64,000 bases of DNA. It comes from Parcubacteria bacterium C7867-006. GTDB lineage: Bacteria > Patescibacteriota > Minisyncoccia > Phycocordibacterales > DATDWN01. The stretch lies in assembly GCA_001189155.1 (NCBI GenBank), contig LFCP01000004.1, positions 133,618-197,617 of the forward strand. The letters run 5' to 3'. Both the position numbers and the translations under genes were made by a program. A model generated the notes under the pieces. The model was not told where the DNA came from. It saw nothing but the letters and a program-made list of their open reading frames with translations, and ran no database searches. Of the stretch, positions 1 through 9,232 are shown in pieces (within the stretch, counting starts at the first letter, position 1; each line of letters starts with the position of its first letter).

Positions 1-1550
1 CTGTTCCAATGAATGGAAGCATTTTCTTTGCGATATTCCAAACCTTCATGTGTGGTCCAAACGAGACACCTTATTACGGTGATTATCCATCAGATTATTT
101 TGACTTTATTATTATAGATGAATGCCATCGTGGCGGTGCGAATGATGAATCTAACTGGCGTGGCATATTGGAGTATTTTTCTTCTGCCGTTCAACTAGGT
201 CTTACTGCTACCCCAAAAAGAAAAGACAATGTCGATACATACAAATATTTCGGTGATCCAGTTTATATTTACTCCCTGAAGGAAGGTATAAATGACGGGT
301 TCCTAACTCCTTTTAAAGTAAAAAGAGTTCAAACAACTCTAGATGAGTATATCTATACTTCAGATGATGAGATTGTTGAGGGCGAAGTTGAAGAAGGAAA
401 AATATATAAAGAGGACGACTTTGCTAGAGGAAATATAAAAATAATTGAAAGAGAGGAGTATAGGGTTAAGATTTTTTTGAAAGAAATAAACCAGAATGAA
501 AAAACTATCGTATTTTGTGCTACACAAGGTCATGCCTTGCTAGTTCGGGATTTGATAAATAGAAACAAAGAAAGTAAAGATACAAACTATTGCGTGCGGG
601 TTACAGCAAACGACGGTTTTCTTGGTGAACAATATCTTCGTGAGTTTCAAGATAACGAAAAGACTATTCCAACTATTCTAACCACTTCTCAAAAACTTTC
701 TACTGGTGTTGATGCTAGAAATATAAGGAATATTGTTTTGATGCGCCCCGTAAATTCAATGATTGAATTTAAACAGATCATAGGTCGTGGGACTCGTCTT
801 TTTGATGGTAAAGAGTATTTCACTATTATTGATTTTGTTGATGCCTATAAGAACTTTCTTGATCCTGAATGGGATGGTGAGCCAATTGATAAAACAACAG
901 AGCAAGGACCAATAGAACCTCCAGGACCTAGAGGACCAAGAGTTCCACCTCCTTTACCACCAGAGCCAATACAGAAACTCAAGATAAAATTGCGAGATGG
1001 TAAAGAAAGAGAAATTCAACACATGGTTAGAACATCTTTTTGGAGTGCAGATGGAAAACCAATTTCTGCTGAAGAATTTTTGCAAAACATGTTCGGAGTG
1101 TTACCTGAATTTTTTAAAGATGAGAAAGAACTTAGAGTAATTTGGTCAAATCCTCAAACAAGAAAAGTATTTCTCGATAAACTTGGAGAAATGGGTTTTG
1201 GCAAGGAACAATTAGAATCTGTACAAAAAATAATTAATGCTGAAAACAGTGACCTTTTTGATGTTCTTGGATATATCGCTTTCGCATTGCAACCAATTAC
1301 TCGCCTAGAAAGAATCCAAAATACTAAGTATGATATTTTTGATGGTTTAGACATTAAGCATAGAGAATTCATTGAGTTCGTACTTGCTAAATACCAAGAA
1401 AGAGGTGTTGAGGAGCTGGATGAGGAGAAATTACCTCAACTATTAAAGCTAAAGTATGACGCTATTTCTGATGCCGAGAAAAACTTGGGGAGCGTGGACA
1501 AAATACGGACAGCATTCTTCGATTTTCAAAAGTTACTTTATTCAAAATAA
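1..1550 (+). CDS. hsdR: Type I restriction enzyme R subunit (HsdR), C-terminal part; 5' end lies outside the window
   Basis: Helicase motifs DECHRG (motif II) and LTATP (motif III). The tail is EcoEI_R_C-like. Between them is a Pro-rich linker, GPIEPPGPRGPRVPPPLPPEP. The ORF is open to the window edge. Confidence 0.75.
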   Translation, partial: VPMNGSIFFAIFQTFMCGPNETPYYGDYPSDYFDFIIIDECHRGGANDESNWRGILEYFSSAVQLGLTATPKRKDNVDTYKYFGDPVYIYSLKEGINDGFLTPFKVKRVQTTLDEYIYTSDDEIVEGEVEEGKIYKEDDFARGNIKIIEREEYRVKIFLKEINQNEKTIVFCATQGHALLVRDLINRNKESKDTNYCVRVTANDGFLGEQYLREFQDNEKTIPTILTTSQKLSTGVDARNIRNIVLMRPVNSMIEFKQIIGRGTRLFDGKEYFTIIDFVDAYKNFLDPEWDGEPIDKTTEQGPIEPPGPRGPRVPPPLPPEPIQKLKIKLRDGKEREIQHMVRTSFWSADGKPISAEEFLQNMFGVLPEFFKDEKELRVIWSNPQTRKVFLDKLGEMGFGKEQLESVQKIINAENSDLFDVLGYIAFALQPITRLERIQNTKYDIFDGLDIKHREFIEFVLAKYQERGVEELDEEKLPQLLKLKYDAISDAEKNLGSVDKIRTAFFDFQKLLYSK

Positions 1551-1562
1551 TTTATTATTTTT

Positions 1563-2504
1563 ATGACACTATTTAAAAATCAAAATGAAAAGATCAGTAT
1601 AGTTAAGGATATGCCTTTTTCTTTGGAAAAAGACCTTCAAAAACTTACGGAAAAAAATATCAGGGAGATATTCGGATTAGAATTTGTTTCAAGTGAGTTT
1701 CAGCATAATGATTTAAGAATAGATACGTTAGCTTTTGATAGAAACCTAAACACTTTTGTTGTTCTTGAGTATAAAAGAGAAAAGAGTTTTAGTGTTATAG
1801 ATCAGGGATTTGCCTATCTATCGCTAATACTAAACAATCAAGCTGAATTTGTCTTGGAATTTAATAAAAAATTTGAAGAAAAAAGAGGAAAGGCAGATTT
1901 TGATTGGTCACAAATGAGGGTACTATTTCTAACAAGATCGTTCACCCCGCATCAATTAGAGGCAATAAATTTTAAAGACCTACCTATTGAGCTTTGGGAA
2001 GTTACAAGATATGAAGGAGATTTAATTCAGTACTCTCAAGTCAAAAAATCTGGTGCAAAAGCTTCTATTGAAAGTTTAGGTATAAATAATAATGATGTCA
2101 AAAAAGTTTCTAGAGAAGTAAAAACCTATTCTGAAGAGGATTATTTAAATAGTAAACCTGACGGTGTTGGTAAAAAGATATTTGAGTTATTGAAAGAAAA
2201 AGTATTAGTTATAGATTCAAGTATAGTCATGAACCCAACAAAAAGTTATATTTCATTCCAATTGCCTAATAACTGGAGAAATATTTTTTACTGTCATGTG
2301 TATGGAAGTAAGTTAAAAATTGATTTCACTAGATCAGAGCCAAAAGATTTTAATGATCCTGAAAAGAAAGTGTTTTACAATGAAAACAGTGTTAAACACT
2401 ATAATCAGCATATATCATATATAGAAATAGATAACGAGAAAGGTTTGGATTATGGGTTGTATATAATACAGCAAGCATATGACAAGTTTATGAAAGAAAA
2501 TTAA
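1563..2504 (+). CDS. PD-(D/E)xK-like nuclease domain protein (hypothetical)
   Basis: N-terminal D...VVLEYK (D / ExK) motif typical of PD-(D/E)xK nucleases. It lies immediately downstream of hsdR. The C-terminal domain is unknown. Confidence 0.4.
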   Translation: MTLFKNQNEKISIVKDMPFSLEKDLQKLTEKNIREIFGLEFVSSEFQHNDLRIDTLAFDRNLNTFVVLEYKREKSFSVIDQGFAYLSLILNNQAEFVLEFNKKFEEKRGKADFDWSQMRVLFLTRSFTPHQLEAINFKDLPIELWEVTRYEGDLIQYSQVKKSGAKASIESLGINNNDVKKVSREVKTYSEEDYLNSKPDGVGKKIFELLKEKVLVIDSSIVMNPTKSYISFQLPNNWRNIFYCHVYGSKLKIDFTRSEPKDFNDPEKKVFYNENSVKHYNQHISYIEIDNEKGLDYGLYIIQQAYDKFMKEN

Positions 2505-2509
2505 AACTT

Positions 2510-3190
2510 ATGAAAACATTATATTTCGATATTGAAACATTGCCAGCAGATGAATCTTCATATAACAAGTTAAAATATCTTTTTGATAAAAAGAAAGAAA
2601 AGAAGTCTAAAGTCAAAAAGATAGAAGATGAGGAGATTGTTGATTCTAGTTCAAAAAGTCTTGATGATTTTATCAATAAAACAGGTTTAGATGGTGCGTT
2701 TGGTAGAGTTCTTTGTATTGCCTATGCTATTGATGATGGAGAGTTACAAGTTTTGTGTAATGACGGAAACGAAAAGAAAACCATAGAGGAATTCTGGGAT
2801 GTAGCAAAAGATTGTGATTTATTTGTTGGTCACAACATTATGTCTTTTGATTTTAAATTTATAATGCAACGATCTATTGTTTTAGGAGTCAAACCAACTT
2901 GGCAGACTCGAGAAATGAGATCTCCAAAGTATCTATCATTTGCAAGATATAGAAATAATCCAATATTCGACACTATGTGTGAGTGGGTTGCTTGGGGTGA
3001 GAATAAAAACTCATCACTAGAGCATGTTGCTCTAGCATTGGGAATTCCAACACCTAAAGATGGAGTTGATGGTTCAAAAGTAGCTGAGGTTTATAAAGAA
3101 GAAGGAGGTATTCAAAAAATTTGTGACTATTGTAAAAGAGATGTTGGTACTACTCGAGCTGTATACAAAAGAATGACTTTTGAAAATTAA
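2510..3190 (+). CDS. RNase H-like 3'-5' exonuclease (PolB exonuclease-domain-like, COG3298-type)
   Basis: Motifs YFDIETLP, GHNIMSFDFKFI and CKRDVGTTRAVY match the DEDD exonuclease pattern. Confidence 0.55.
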   Translation: MKTLYFDIETLPADESSYNKLKYLFDKKKEKKSKVKKIEDEEIVDSSSKSLDDFINKTGLDGAFGRVLCIAYAIDDGELQVLCNDGNEKKTIEEFWDVAKDCDLFVGHNIMSFDFKFIMQRSIVLGVKPTWQTREMRSPKYLSFARYRNNPIFDTMCEWVAWGENKNSSLEHVALALGIPTPKDGVDGSKVAEVYKEEGGIQKICDYCKRDVGTTRAVYKRMTFEN

Positions 3191-3235
3191 TTTAAGCCTA
3201 AAAATTTTCTATACTTTTCAAAATACTAGACCTAC

Positions 3236-3251
3236 AAAAAACTGACGAGGA
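3236..3251. repeat. Left arm of a 15-bp inverted repeat (aaaaactgacgagga) flanking the DUF1508 gene and its leader
   Basis: The reverse complement occurs at 3593..3607 (tcctcgtcagttttt). Confidence 0.5.
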
Positions 3252-3263
3252 ATTGCCTAGACA

Positions 3264-3449
3264 CTAGTTTGTAGAATCTACAATCACAGCATCCCAAGCA
3301 ATTTGCTTGACACGAGATGCAGAATTTATAGCACCTTGCTTAGAAACATAAGCTTCTGAAGCAGCAACTTTTTCGCCGTTTCCAGCAACTAGTCGCCATC
3401 GGTAATAACCTGCCGTGTCTTTGTAAATAACAAATATTGTTTTGTTCAT
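3264..3449 (-). CDS. DUF1508 (YegP-like) domain protein
   Basis: 61 aa; YKDTAGYYRWRLVAGNGEKVAASEAYVSKQGA is the typical YegP repeat. Confidence 0.55.
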   Translation of the reverse strand: MNKTIFVIYKDTAGYYRWRLVAGNGEKVAASEAYVSKQGAINSASRVKQIAWDAVIVDSTN

Positions 3450-3592
3450 ACAGTTTAATCTTGTTAACTCTAATAATGTTTAGGGACCGACCAGCGTAGA
3501 GCGCTCCCCGAATAAAAACCGAAATATTCAGTTTCTATTCGGGAGGTCTAGTGGCAGTGTGATCTAAACAAAAGAGAGGGGTCCAAGGTATA

Positions 3593-3607
3593 TCCTCGTC
3601 AGTTTTT
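3593..3607. repeat. Right arm of the 15-bp inverted repeat
   Basis: Pairs with 3236..3251. Confidence 0.5.
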
Positions 3608-3715
3608 CAAAGGCCTGTTTTGATAGAATTTTACACCTTCCCTTTTATGGTGTCTACTGTGATCCGGACGGGGGGTAAAGTGTGAACTACTTGTTATTTT
3701 TGTTAATATGGTCAC

Positions 3716-4357
3716 ATGAATACAATCTGGCTAGACAAAGTTTCTGAAAATATTTTCCCTTTGAGTTTGGAGCAAAAAGATATCAAGAAGGCTCTTACAG
3801 AATGGATATATGAAGGTAATTTTTACGATCTAGAAACTCCCTCAGAACTGTGTCAGCTTTGTAATCATCCTGACATTCGATATCAGTTTGAAATTCGAAA
3901 TAAAAATACCAGCAGTACTTTATTAATTGGTTCAGAATGTGTAACTAGATTTGGCGGTATTGTTGTGGTTGATGGGCAAGGAAATACAGTGGAAATAAAA
4001 GAAGCTAAGAAAAGAGTAGCAAAAGATAAAAACAAACTTATAAGAGATGCTGAAACAAAAAGTGTCATCAATACTCTTGTTACTTTAGGATCCTACGACC
4101 ACGAGTTCGACATCTCAAACTTTTTAAAATATTACCAAGAAAGAATGGCTTTCACACCTAATCAATTATCAACTATTCTTTGGAGAATAGAGAAGCATAA
4201 AGTTTACTTCAATAAGTCTCATTTTAAATTAACAATAAAAAGAGAGAGGGAGAAACAACAGCTTTTGAATATGGAAGATTGGAAACTAAAAAAGCTATTT
4301 CCTTGTCTATCGTCATCTCAAAAGAAATTCATTCAAGACGCTACTAATAATAAATAG
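3716..4357 (+). CDS. Hypothetical protein
   Basis: 213-aa ORF with a CQLCNH...GSECVTRFG Cys/His cluster. No family recognised. Confidence 0.4.
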   Translation: MNTIWLDKVSENIFPLSLEQKDIKKALTEWIYEGNFYDLETPSELCQLCNHPDIRYQFEIRNKNTSSTLLIGSECVTRFGGIVVVDGQGNTVEIKEAKKRVAKDKNKLIRDAETKSVINTLVTLGSYDHEFDISNFLKYYQERMAFTPNQLSTILWRIEKHKVYFNKSHFKLTIKREREKQQLLNMEDWKLKKLFPCLSSSQKKFIQDATNNK

Positions 4358-4398
4358 TCGTGTTTAGCTTTTTTAAGAAAAAAAGAAATTTTGTTGCC

Positions 4399-5085
4399 AT
4401 GAAGCTGGTTATAACTGATCATCTAAAGCAACTAGAAGAAAAAAGGACTTCTATCCCTGAAGATGTTTTTGATGTCACTAGGTTTTCTTTAGAAGAACTA
4501 CTGAGCACATTTGAGTCGATGGATACTTTGATTAAGAAAACTGACTACGAAGGTTGCATTAAGTTATCTAGGTCCATACTCGAAAATTCTGTAAACCTTA
4601 GATATATCTACAAAGAGGATACCGAAAAACGTGCTAAAAACTTTAAATTGAAATCAGTAAAGGAACTCTCAAGAAAGTTTGATTCTTTGGAAGAACGTAC
4701 ACCTGAGGCAAAAGAGATGAATGACTACTTTCAGGAGCTTCTTAAGGATTACACGCCTGAGAAAAATATACGTGAAAAATTCAAAGCCGTTAATTCTGAC
4801 GCTACATACATAAGATCATATAGGCGACTTTCGGAATTCATTCACCCTGCATATCGCCCAAAGAAAATAGATTTTAATGAAAACAGACCGTATGTTCTGG
4901 AAATGAAAAGAACTGTTAGATCAGATACATGCATTGTGGCTCTAATGGCTCTAGAAGTGGTTTGTCTTAAATATGACTTGGATGGAGGAATCGTTATGGT
5001 TGATGAACCGGGCTACATAGGAAAGGTATTTTTTGCCACAAACCCAAAGAAAGCATCGGAGGATGTAAAAGACCTTAAATTCTAG
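4399..5085 (+). CDS. Hypothetical protein, possibly HEPN-like (Rx4-6H motif RRLSEFIHPAY)
   Basis: ATG at 4399 is preferred over the GTG at 4360. The helical sequence carries an R-x5-H-x2-Y motif. Confidence 0.35.
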   Translation: MKLVITDHLKQLEEKRTSIPEDVFDVTRFSLEELLSTFESMDTLIKKTDYEGCIKLSRSILENSVNLRYIYKEDTEKRAKNFKLKSVKELSRKFDSLEERTPEAKEMNDYFQELLKDYTPEKNIREKFKAVNSDATYIRSYRRLSEFIHPAYRPKKIDFNENRPYVLEMKRTVRSDTCIVALMALEVVCLKYDLDGGIVMVDEPGYIGKVFFATNPKKASEDVKDLKF

Positions 5086-5280
5086 ATACCCAAAGTAGTG
5101 TCGCATTTGTCGCTTTTGACCTATTCCGAAGAGGGTCAAAATGATAAGATAAAAGTAATCAAAAAAGCCTTGTGGGGCTTGATGGGTAAATATACGAGAC
5201 CGAGGAGGCCAGCCCTGAAAGCAATATTGATAACAAAAAATCACAGATGCAAATCTGGGATTTTTTGTTATTATGGGGTT

Positions 5281-5913
5281 ATGAAAATTACTAAACTAGG
5301 ACACTGTTGTTTACTCATAGAAACCAAAGGTAAAATAATTCTTACTGACCCAGGGAGTTATACCGTAGAAGCTCATTCTACTCTCGAAAATATTGACTAC
5401 ATTCTGTTTACACACGAGCACCAAGATCATTATCATATCGACTCTTTGAAAGTCATTATCAGAAACAACCCGAATGCTCTAGTATTTTCAAATAGTTCCG
5501 TGAGTGAACTATTAACTCAAGAAGGAATACCACACACTAAAATCAATCATGATCAGGATTTTGACCTAGGAGGTGTTCCAGTTCTAGGTTTTGGAGAGAA
5601 GCATGCACAGATGCATAGCTCAATTCCACCCTCATCAAATCTTGGATTTTTTATTGATAACAAACTCTGGTACCCAGGTGATGCATTCACTAACCCAGAA
5701 CGACCAGTTGAAGTTTTAGCCCTTCCCGTCTCTGGACCTTGGATGAAACTTAGTGAAGCTATTGATTATGCTCTTTTACTCAAACCAAAATTAGCTTTTC
5801 CCGTACATGACGGCACAAGATTTGGTTCTGCTCATGTTCTTCCTGGTAAGGTTCTTACTCAAAATGGAATTGAATTTGTTGTTATGATAGAAGGTGATGC
5901 TAAAGAATTCTAA
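5281..5913 (+). CDS. MBL-fold metallo-hydrolase
   Basis: HEHQDH motif (HxHxDH); start chosen at MKITKLGHCCLLIE. Confidence 0.7.
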   Translation: MKITKLGHCCLLIETKGKIILTDPGSYTVEAHSTLENIDYILFTHEHQDHYHIDSLKVIIRNNPNALVFSNSSVSELLTQEGIPHTKINHDQDFDLGGVPVLGFGEKHAQMHSSIPPSSNLGFFIDNKLWYPGDAFTNPERPVEVLALPVSGPWMKLSEAIDYALLLKPKLAFPVHDGTRFGSAHVLPGKVLTQNGIEFVVMIEGDAKEF

Positions 5914-5914
5914 T

Positions 5915-6244
5915 ATGAAATACCTCAAATTCGCCCCACACCTCGTCGAAAAAATCCTAATTGGAGAAAAAGTTTCTACCTGGAGACTTTTTGATGACAA
6001 AGACCTAACTCTCGGCGACGAATTAGCATTCATCAATAAAGAAACTAGCGAAGAGTTCGGTACAGCAAAAATTACTGAACTAAAAATAAAAACTTTAGGC
6101 ACAGTGACTGACGAAGACTACTTTGGTCAAGAAAAGTATCCATCGGATGAAGAAATGTACAAAAACCTTCGAAAATATTATGGAGATAATGTTAGTGAAA
6201 ATACCGAAGTGAAGATAATAAATTTTGATTTCAAACCAATATAA
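5915..6244 (+). CDS. ASCH domain protein
   Basis: Small PUA-like protein with KILIGEKVSTWRL; an alternative start is at 5894. Confidence 0.45.
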   Translation: MKYLKFAPHLVEKILIGEKVSTWRLFDDKDLTLGDELAFINKETSEEFGTAKITELKIKTLGTVTDEDYFGQEKYPSDEEMYKNLRKYYGDNVSENTEVKIINFDFKPI

Positions 6245-6247
6245 ATC

Positions 6248-6730
6248 ATGCTCCCAATCCCCCTCACAGAAAAATATCTCGAGGCAGCAGTCAAAATGGT
6301 GGATGAAGTTTTTCCTCAAGACCTTGATGCAATCTGGAACCCAGAGAAATCTCTACCACTCAGTCTGCGACCTCAAAGCGAATTGAAGCAAGATGTGTTT
6401 GTTGACTATTGGATTGTACTTAACGACAATGATGAAATTATTGGAGTAACCGGTATGTACAGACTCAAAGAAGATCCGGAAGATGTTGTTTGGTTAGGTT
6501 GGTACTGCATTCGAGCAGACCAGAGAGGCAGAGGACTTGGACGAGAACTGTTGAACTGGACGATCGACAAAGCAAAAGAGAGAGGATTCAAGAAAATGAA
6601 ACTATACACGTCTACAGACCCAAACGAAGCGGCAGCACAAATACTATACGACAAACTTGATTTCAAAATAATTGGAGAAGATGAGGGTGACGGCATTCAT
6701 AAGACATTATATCGACAGAAGTTGTTATAA
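6248..6730 (+). CDS. GNAT family N-acetyltransferase
   Basis: RGRGLGRELL acetyl-CoA binding motif. Confidence 0.7.
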   Translation: MLPIPLTEKYLEAAVKMVDEVFPQDLDAIWNPEKSLPLSLRPQSELKQDVFVDYWIVLNDNDEIIGVTGMYRLKEDPEDVVWLGWYCIRADQRGRGLGRELLNWTIDKAKERGFKKMKLYTSTDPNEAAAQILYDKLDFKIIGEDEGDGIHKTLYRQKLL

Positions 6731-6753
6731 TTAAATTAGCCATGCCCTCCCCT

Positions 6754-6790
6754 AAAAAACGATAGGCCCGTCCGAAGACGGGCCTATTTA
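6754..6790 (-). terminator. Intrinsic terminator (GGCCCGTC-cgaa-GACGGGCC plus a U run on the minus strand)
   Basis: GC-clamp hairpin followed by a T run; it closes the GC-rich two-gene cassette. Confidence 0.6.
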
Positions 6791-6804
6791 GTGCCGACTA
6801 ACTG

Positions 6805-7188
6805 CTACGTGAGAAGGCGCAAGAGCTTCCTCAAACCATCGCGAAACCTCCTGCGAGTCATCCGGTCGACCGAGGTGAGTTCCTCGGGAAGTATCGTTCC
6901 GCTCACCCTCGACGAAAACGAAAAACCATGAATCCCCAGGAACCGTTCAACAGCAATGATCACTGAACGACGACACGAGCCAAGGAGTGGGTAGACCTCG
7001 ATGATCATCTTCACCTCATCCTTGGTCAGACCCTTTGCGACTCGGTAGGGACTGAAGAACATGTGAAGCACTCCAGCCTCCTTCTTGGAGAGCCGATAGC
7101 GCTTCCTGTAGCGATCCAGAACACCGTCTTGCGCGTTCCGGAGTCTTGCTTCCGAAAATTTCTTCAACTTGATCACTCGCTCCTCCAT
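6805..7188 (-). CDS. Hypothetical protein (GC-rich cassette A, downstream gene)
   Basis: 127-aa ORF in a segment of about 55% GC; it overlaps the upstream ORF by 1 nt. Confidence 0.4.
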   Translation of the reverse strand: MEERVIKLKKFSEARLRNAQDGVLDRYRKRYRLSKKEAGVLHMFFSPYRVAKGLTKDEVKMIIEVYPLLGSCRRSVIIAVERFLGIHGFSFSSRVSGTILPEELTSVDRMTRRRFRDGLRKLLRLLT

Positions 7189-7189
7189 T

Positions 7190-7540
7190 CTAGCTCTGAA
7201 TCTGCCCGACTTCAGCAGCCATGGCCTCCTCGTGTTTCCTCATCTCATCGGCTGCTGCTCGGAAGAACACCTTCAGGCCATCAGGATCCTTCTCCTCGCG
7301 AATCTCATCAGCAACCCAGGAGAGATCGCTCGACGAAAGCCCGAGATCCGGCAGAGCAGTCTTTCCGCTCTTCAGGATTTCTCTAGCTTTCTCGAAACGT
7401 TCCCTTCTCGCATGTAATTCACGACGAGCCAGCCTGAGACCTCCGGGAAGGAACTCGTTCAGGTAGGTGCGCACGGCCTTGCCCACACACATGTGAGCCA
7501 CTCCGCGAAGCAACTCATCTGTTAGTTGGTTGTCGCTCAT
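7190..7540 (-). CDS. Hypothetical protein (GC-rich cassette A, upstream gene)
   Basis: 116-aa helical ORF in GC-rich DNA. Confidence 0.4.
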   Translation of the reverse strand: MSDNQLTDELLRGVAHMCVGKAVRTYLNEFLPGGLRLARRELHARRERFEKAREILKSGKTALPDLGLSSSDLSWVADEIREEKDPDGLKVFFRAAADEMRKHEEAMAAEVGQIQS

Positions 7541-7639
7541 TTGGTACCCCCGGACACAACTATATAATTATCAAAACATAAATCAAGTATTAATTTAACC
7601 TTGATTTCAAATCACTCTGAATAAGTTATAATACCTCCT

Positions 7640-8200
7640 ATGCAAACATCAATCATTATCCATGGTATGCCATCAAAACAGGAATACCTGAACCCCGAGT
7701 TCCCTTCTGCATCAAATGCACATTGGTTCCCTTGGATACAAAAACAACTAACAATTAAAGGTATTTTGGCTCAAACTCCAGAAATGCCAGAGCCATATGA
7801 CCCTGACTATAAAAAATGGAGTGAGGTTTTTGAACAATTCAAATTAAATCAAGACACAATACTCATCGGACATAGTTGTGGAGGTGGATTTCTTGTTAGA
7901 TGGCTTGGCGAACACAAGGTAAAAGTCGGAAGGGTCGTGCTTGTTGCACCATGGATAGATCCTAAACACGAATACCCTAAAATGTTTGACTTTGAAGCGG
8001 GAGATATTTCTGACAGAGCTGACAGCGTGCATCTGTTTATATCTTCGGATGATGATAAAGAAGAGCTAGATTCAGCTGAAATTTTAAAAGCTAAAATTTC
8101 AAATCTTAAAGTACATCATTTCAACGACAAAGGTCATTTTATAACAGACCACATGAAGACTAATGAGTTTCCAGAATTGCTCGAGATCGTTTTAAGTTAA
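7640..8200 (+). CDS. Alpha/beta hydrolase (YdeN/RBBP9-like serine hydrolase)
   Basis: GHSCGG nucleophile elbow; 186 aa. Confidence 0.55.
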   Translation: MQTSIIIHGMPSKQEYLNPEFPSASNAHWFPWIQKQLTIKGILAQTPEMPEPYDPDYKKWSEVFEQFKLNQDTILIGHSCGGGFLVRWLGEHKVKVGRVVLVAPWIDPKHEYPKMFDFEAGDISDRADSVHLFISSDDDKEELDSAEILKAKISNLKVHHFNDKGHFITDHMKTNEFPELLEIVLS

Positions 8201-8217
8201 CTTGCTATAATACCCTA

Positions 8218-8727
8218 ATGGAATCAGCCCCAAAACTATTTAATCCCGAAACAAGTCCCCTCCGCGAAGCTTATGAACTACTGGGAGCAACAACCCCACT
8301 AGAGCTACACCGTCTTTATAGTGAACAAGACCAGATACTAATGAAGTCTGGTAAGTGGGATTATGAAAATCCAGACCTTGTAGTTAACAGAGTGAAAGAA
8401 ATTTTAGAATCAGTTAAACCTGGAGAACTGACAGAAGATGAAATGGAGTGGAGAAACGAAATACTTTGGTTCTGGTATCATCACGCTATTAGCTGTGCTA
8501 TCGGAAGATACAAAGACAAAGAAGCAGCTAAAAAATATTCTGCACACGCATTGGCAATTCAATCAGAAAATCATCCTAACAAAATTACTAAACTCTTGGA
8601 TTTATTAGTAAACGACAAACTTGAAGAAGCAGAAGCTTGGGCAAAAGCAATACAAGAAGAACCAGAGAAAGAAACTGCGCAATTTTTATTAGAGGAATAT
8701 AGATCTGGAAACTTTTTTCTAAACTAA
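8218..8727 (+). CDS. Hypothetical protein
   Basis: 169-aa ORF in native AT-rich composition. Confidence 0.4.
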   Translation: MESAPKLFNPETSPLREAYELLGATTPLELHRLYSEQDQILMKSGKWDYENPDLVVNRVKEILESVKPGELTEDEMEWRNEILWFWYHHAISCAIGRYKDKEAAKKYSAHALAIQSENHPNKITKLLDLLVNDKLEEAEAWAKAIQEEPEKETAQFLLEEYRSGNFFLN

Positions 8728-8728
8728 C

Positions 8729-9175
8729 ATGCTCCCACTCGAAATATTCTACATTTATTTCTCTCCATATACAGCACATGCAATCGAAATCGATGGGGTT
8801 GTCTATCCTACTCTCGAACATGCATATCAGTGCGCAAGATACACTGACCCCAAAATAATTGCTGAAATAATTTCAGCAAAAAGCCCAGTCAAAGCTTGGA
8901 AGGCTTCTTCAAAATATAAACACCTGCAAATACCTGAATTCAAAACTGGAGAACACAAATTAAAAATTATGGAAAAGTTAATGAGACTGAAAACAGAACA
9001 ACATGAGGAAATACAAAAAGCTCTCATTGACTCTGGAGATTTAGAAATAGTAAAACATATCGTGACTCCTCCACCAGGAGATAGTTTCTGGGACGATGGT
9101 GAAGATGGTAAGGGGCTAAACCATATAGGCAAAATCTGGATGAAAATAAGAGAAGGACTCATTGACGCGACATAA
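8729..9175 (+). CDS. NADAR (YbiA-like) domain protein
   Basis: VYPTLEHAYQCARY and FWDDGEDGKGLNHIGKIWMKIRE match the NADAR/DUF1768 pattern. Confidence 0.6.
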   Translation: MLPLEIFYIYFSPYTAHAIEIDGVVYPTLEHAYQCARYTDPKIIAEIISAKSPVKAWKASSKYKHLQIPEFKTGEHKLKIMEKLMRLKTEQHEEIQKALIDSGDLEIVKHIVTPPPGDSFWDDGEDGKGLNHIGKIWMKIREGLIDAT

Positions 9176-9232
9176 TTTAAGTGTTAATTTAACGAACAGA
9201 TTTGCCCTACCTACCTGGGCAGAAAGGATCCG

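Noticed and set aside
4360-4398. GTG start at 4360 for the HEPN-like ORF
   Set aside because: The ATG at 4399 gives a cleaner N-terminus and avoids a 2-nt gap or overlap with the upstream stop. The GTG extension adds a hydrophobic FSFFKKKRNF stretch of doubtful coding quality.
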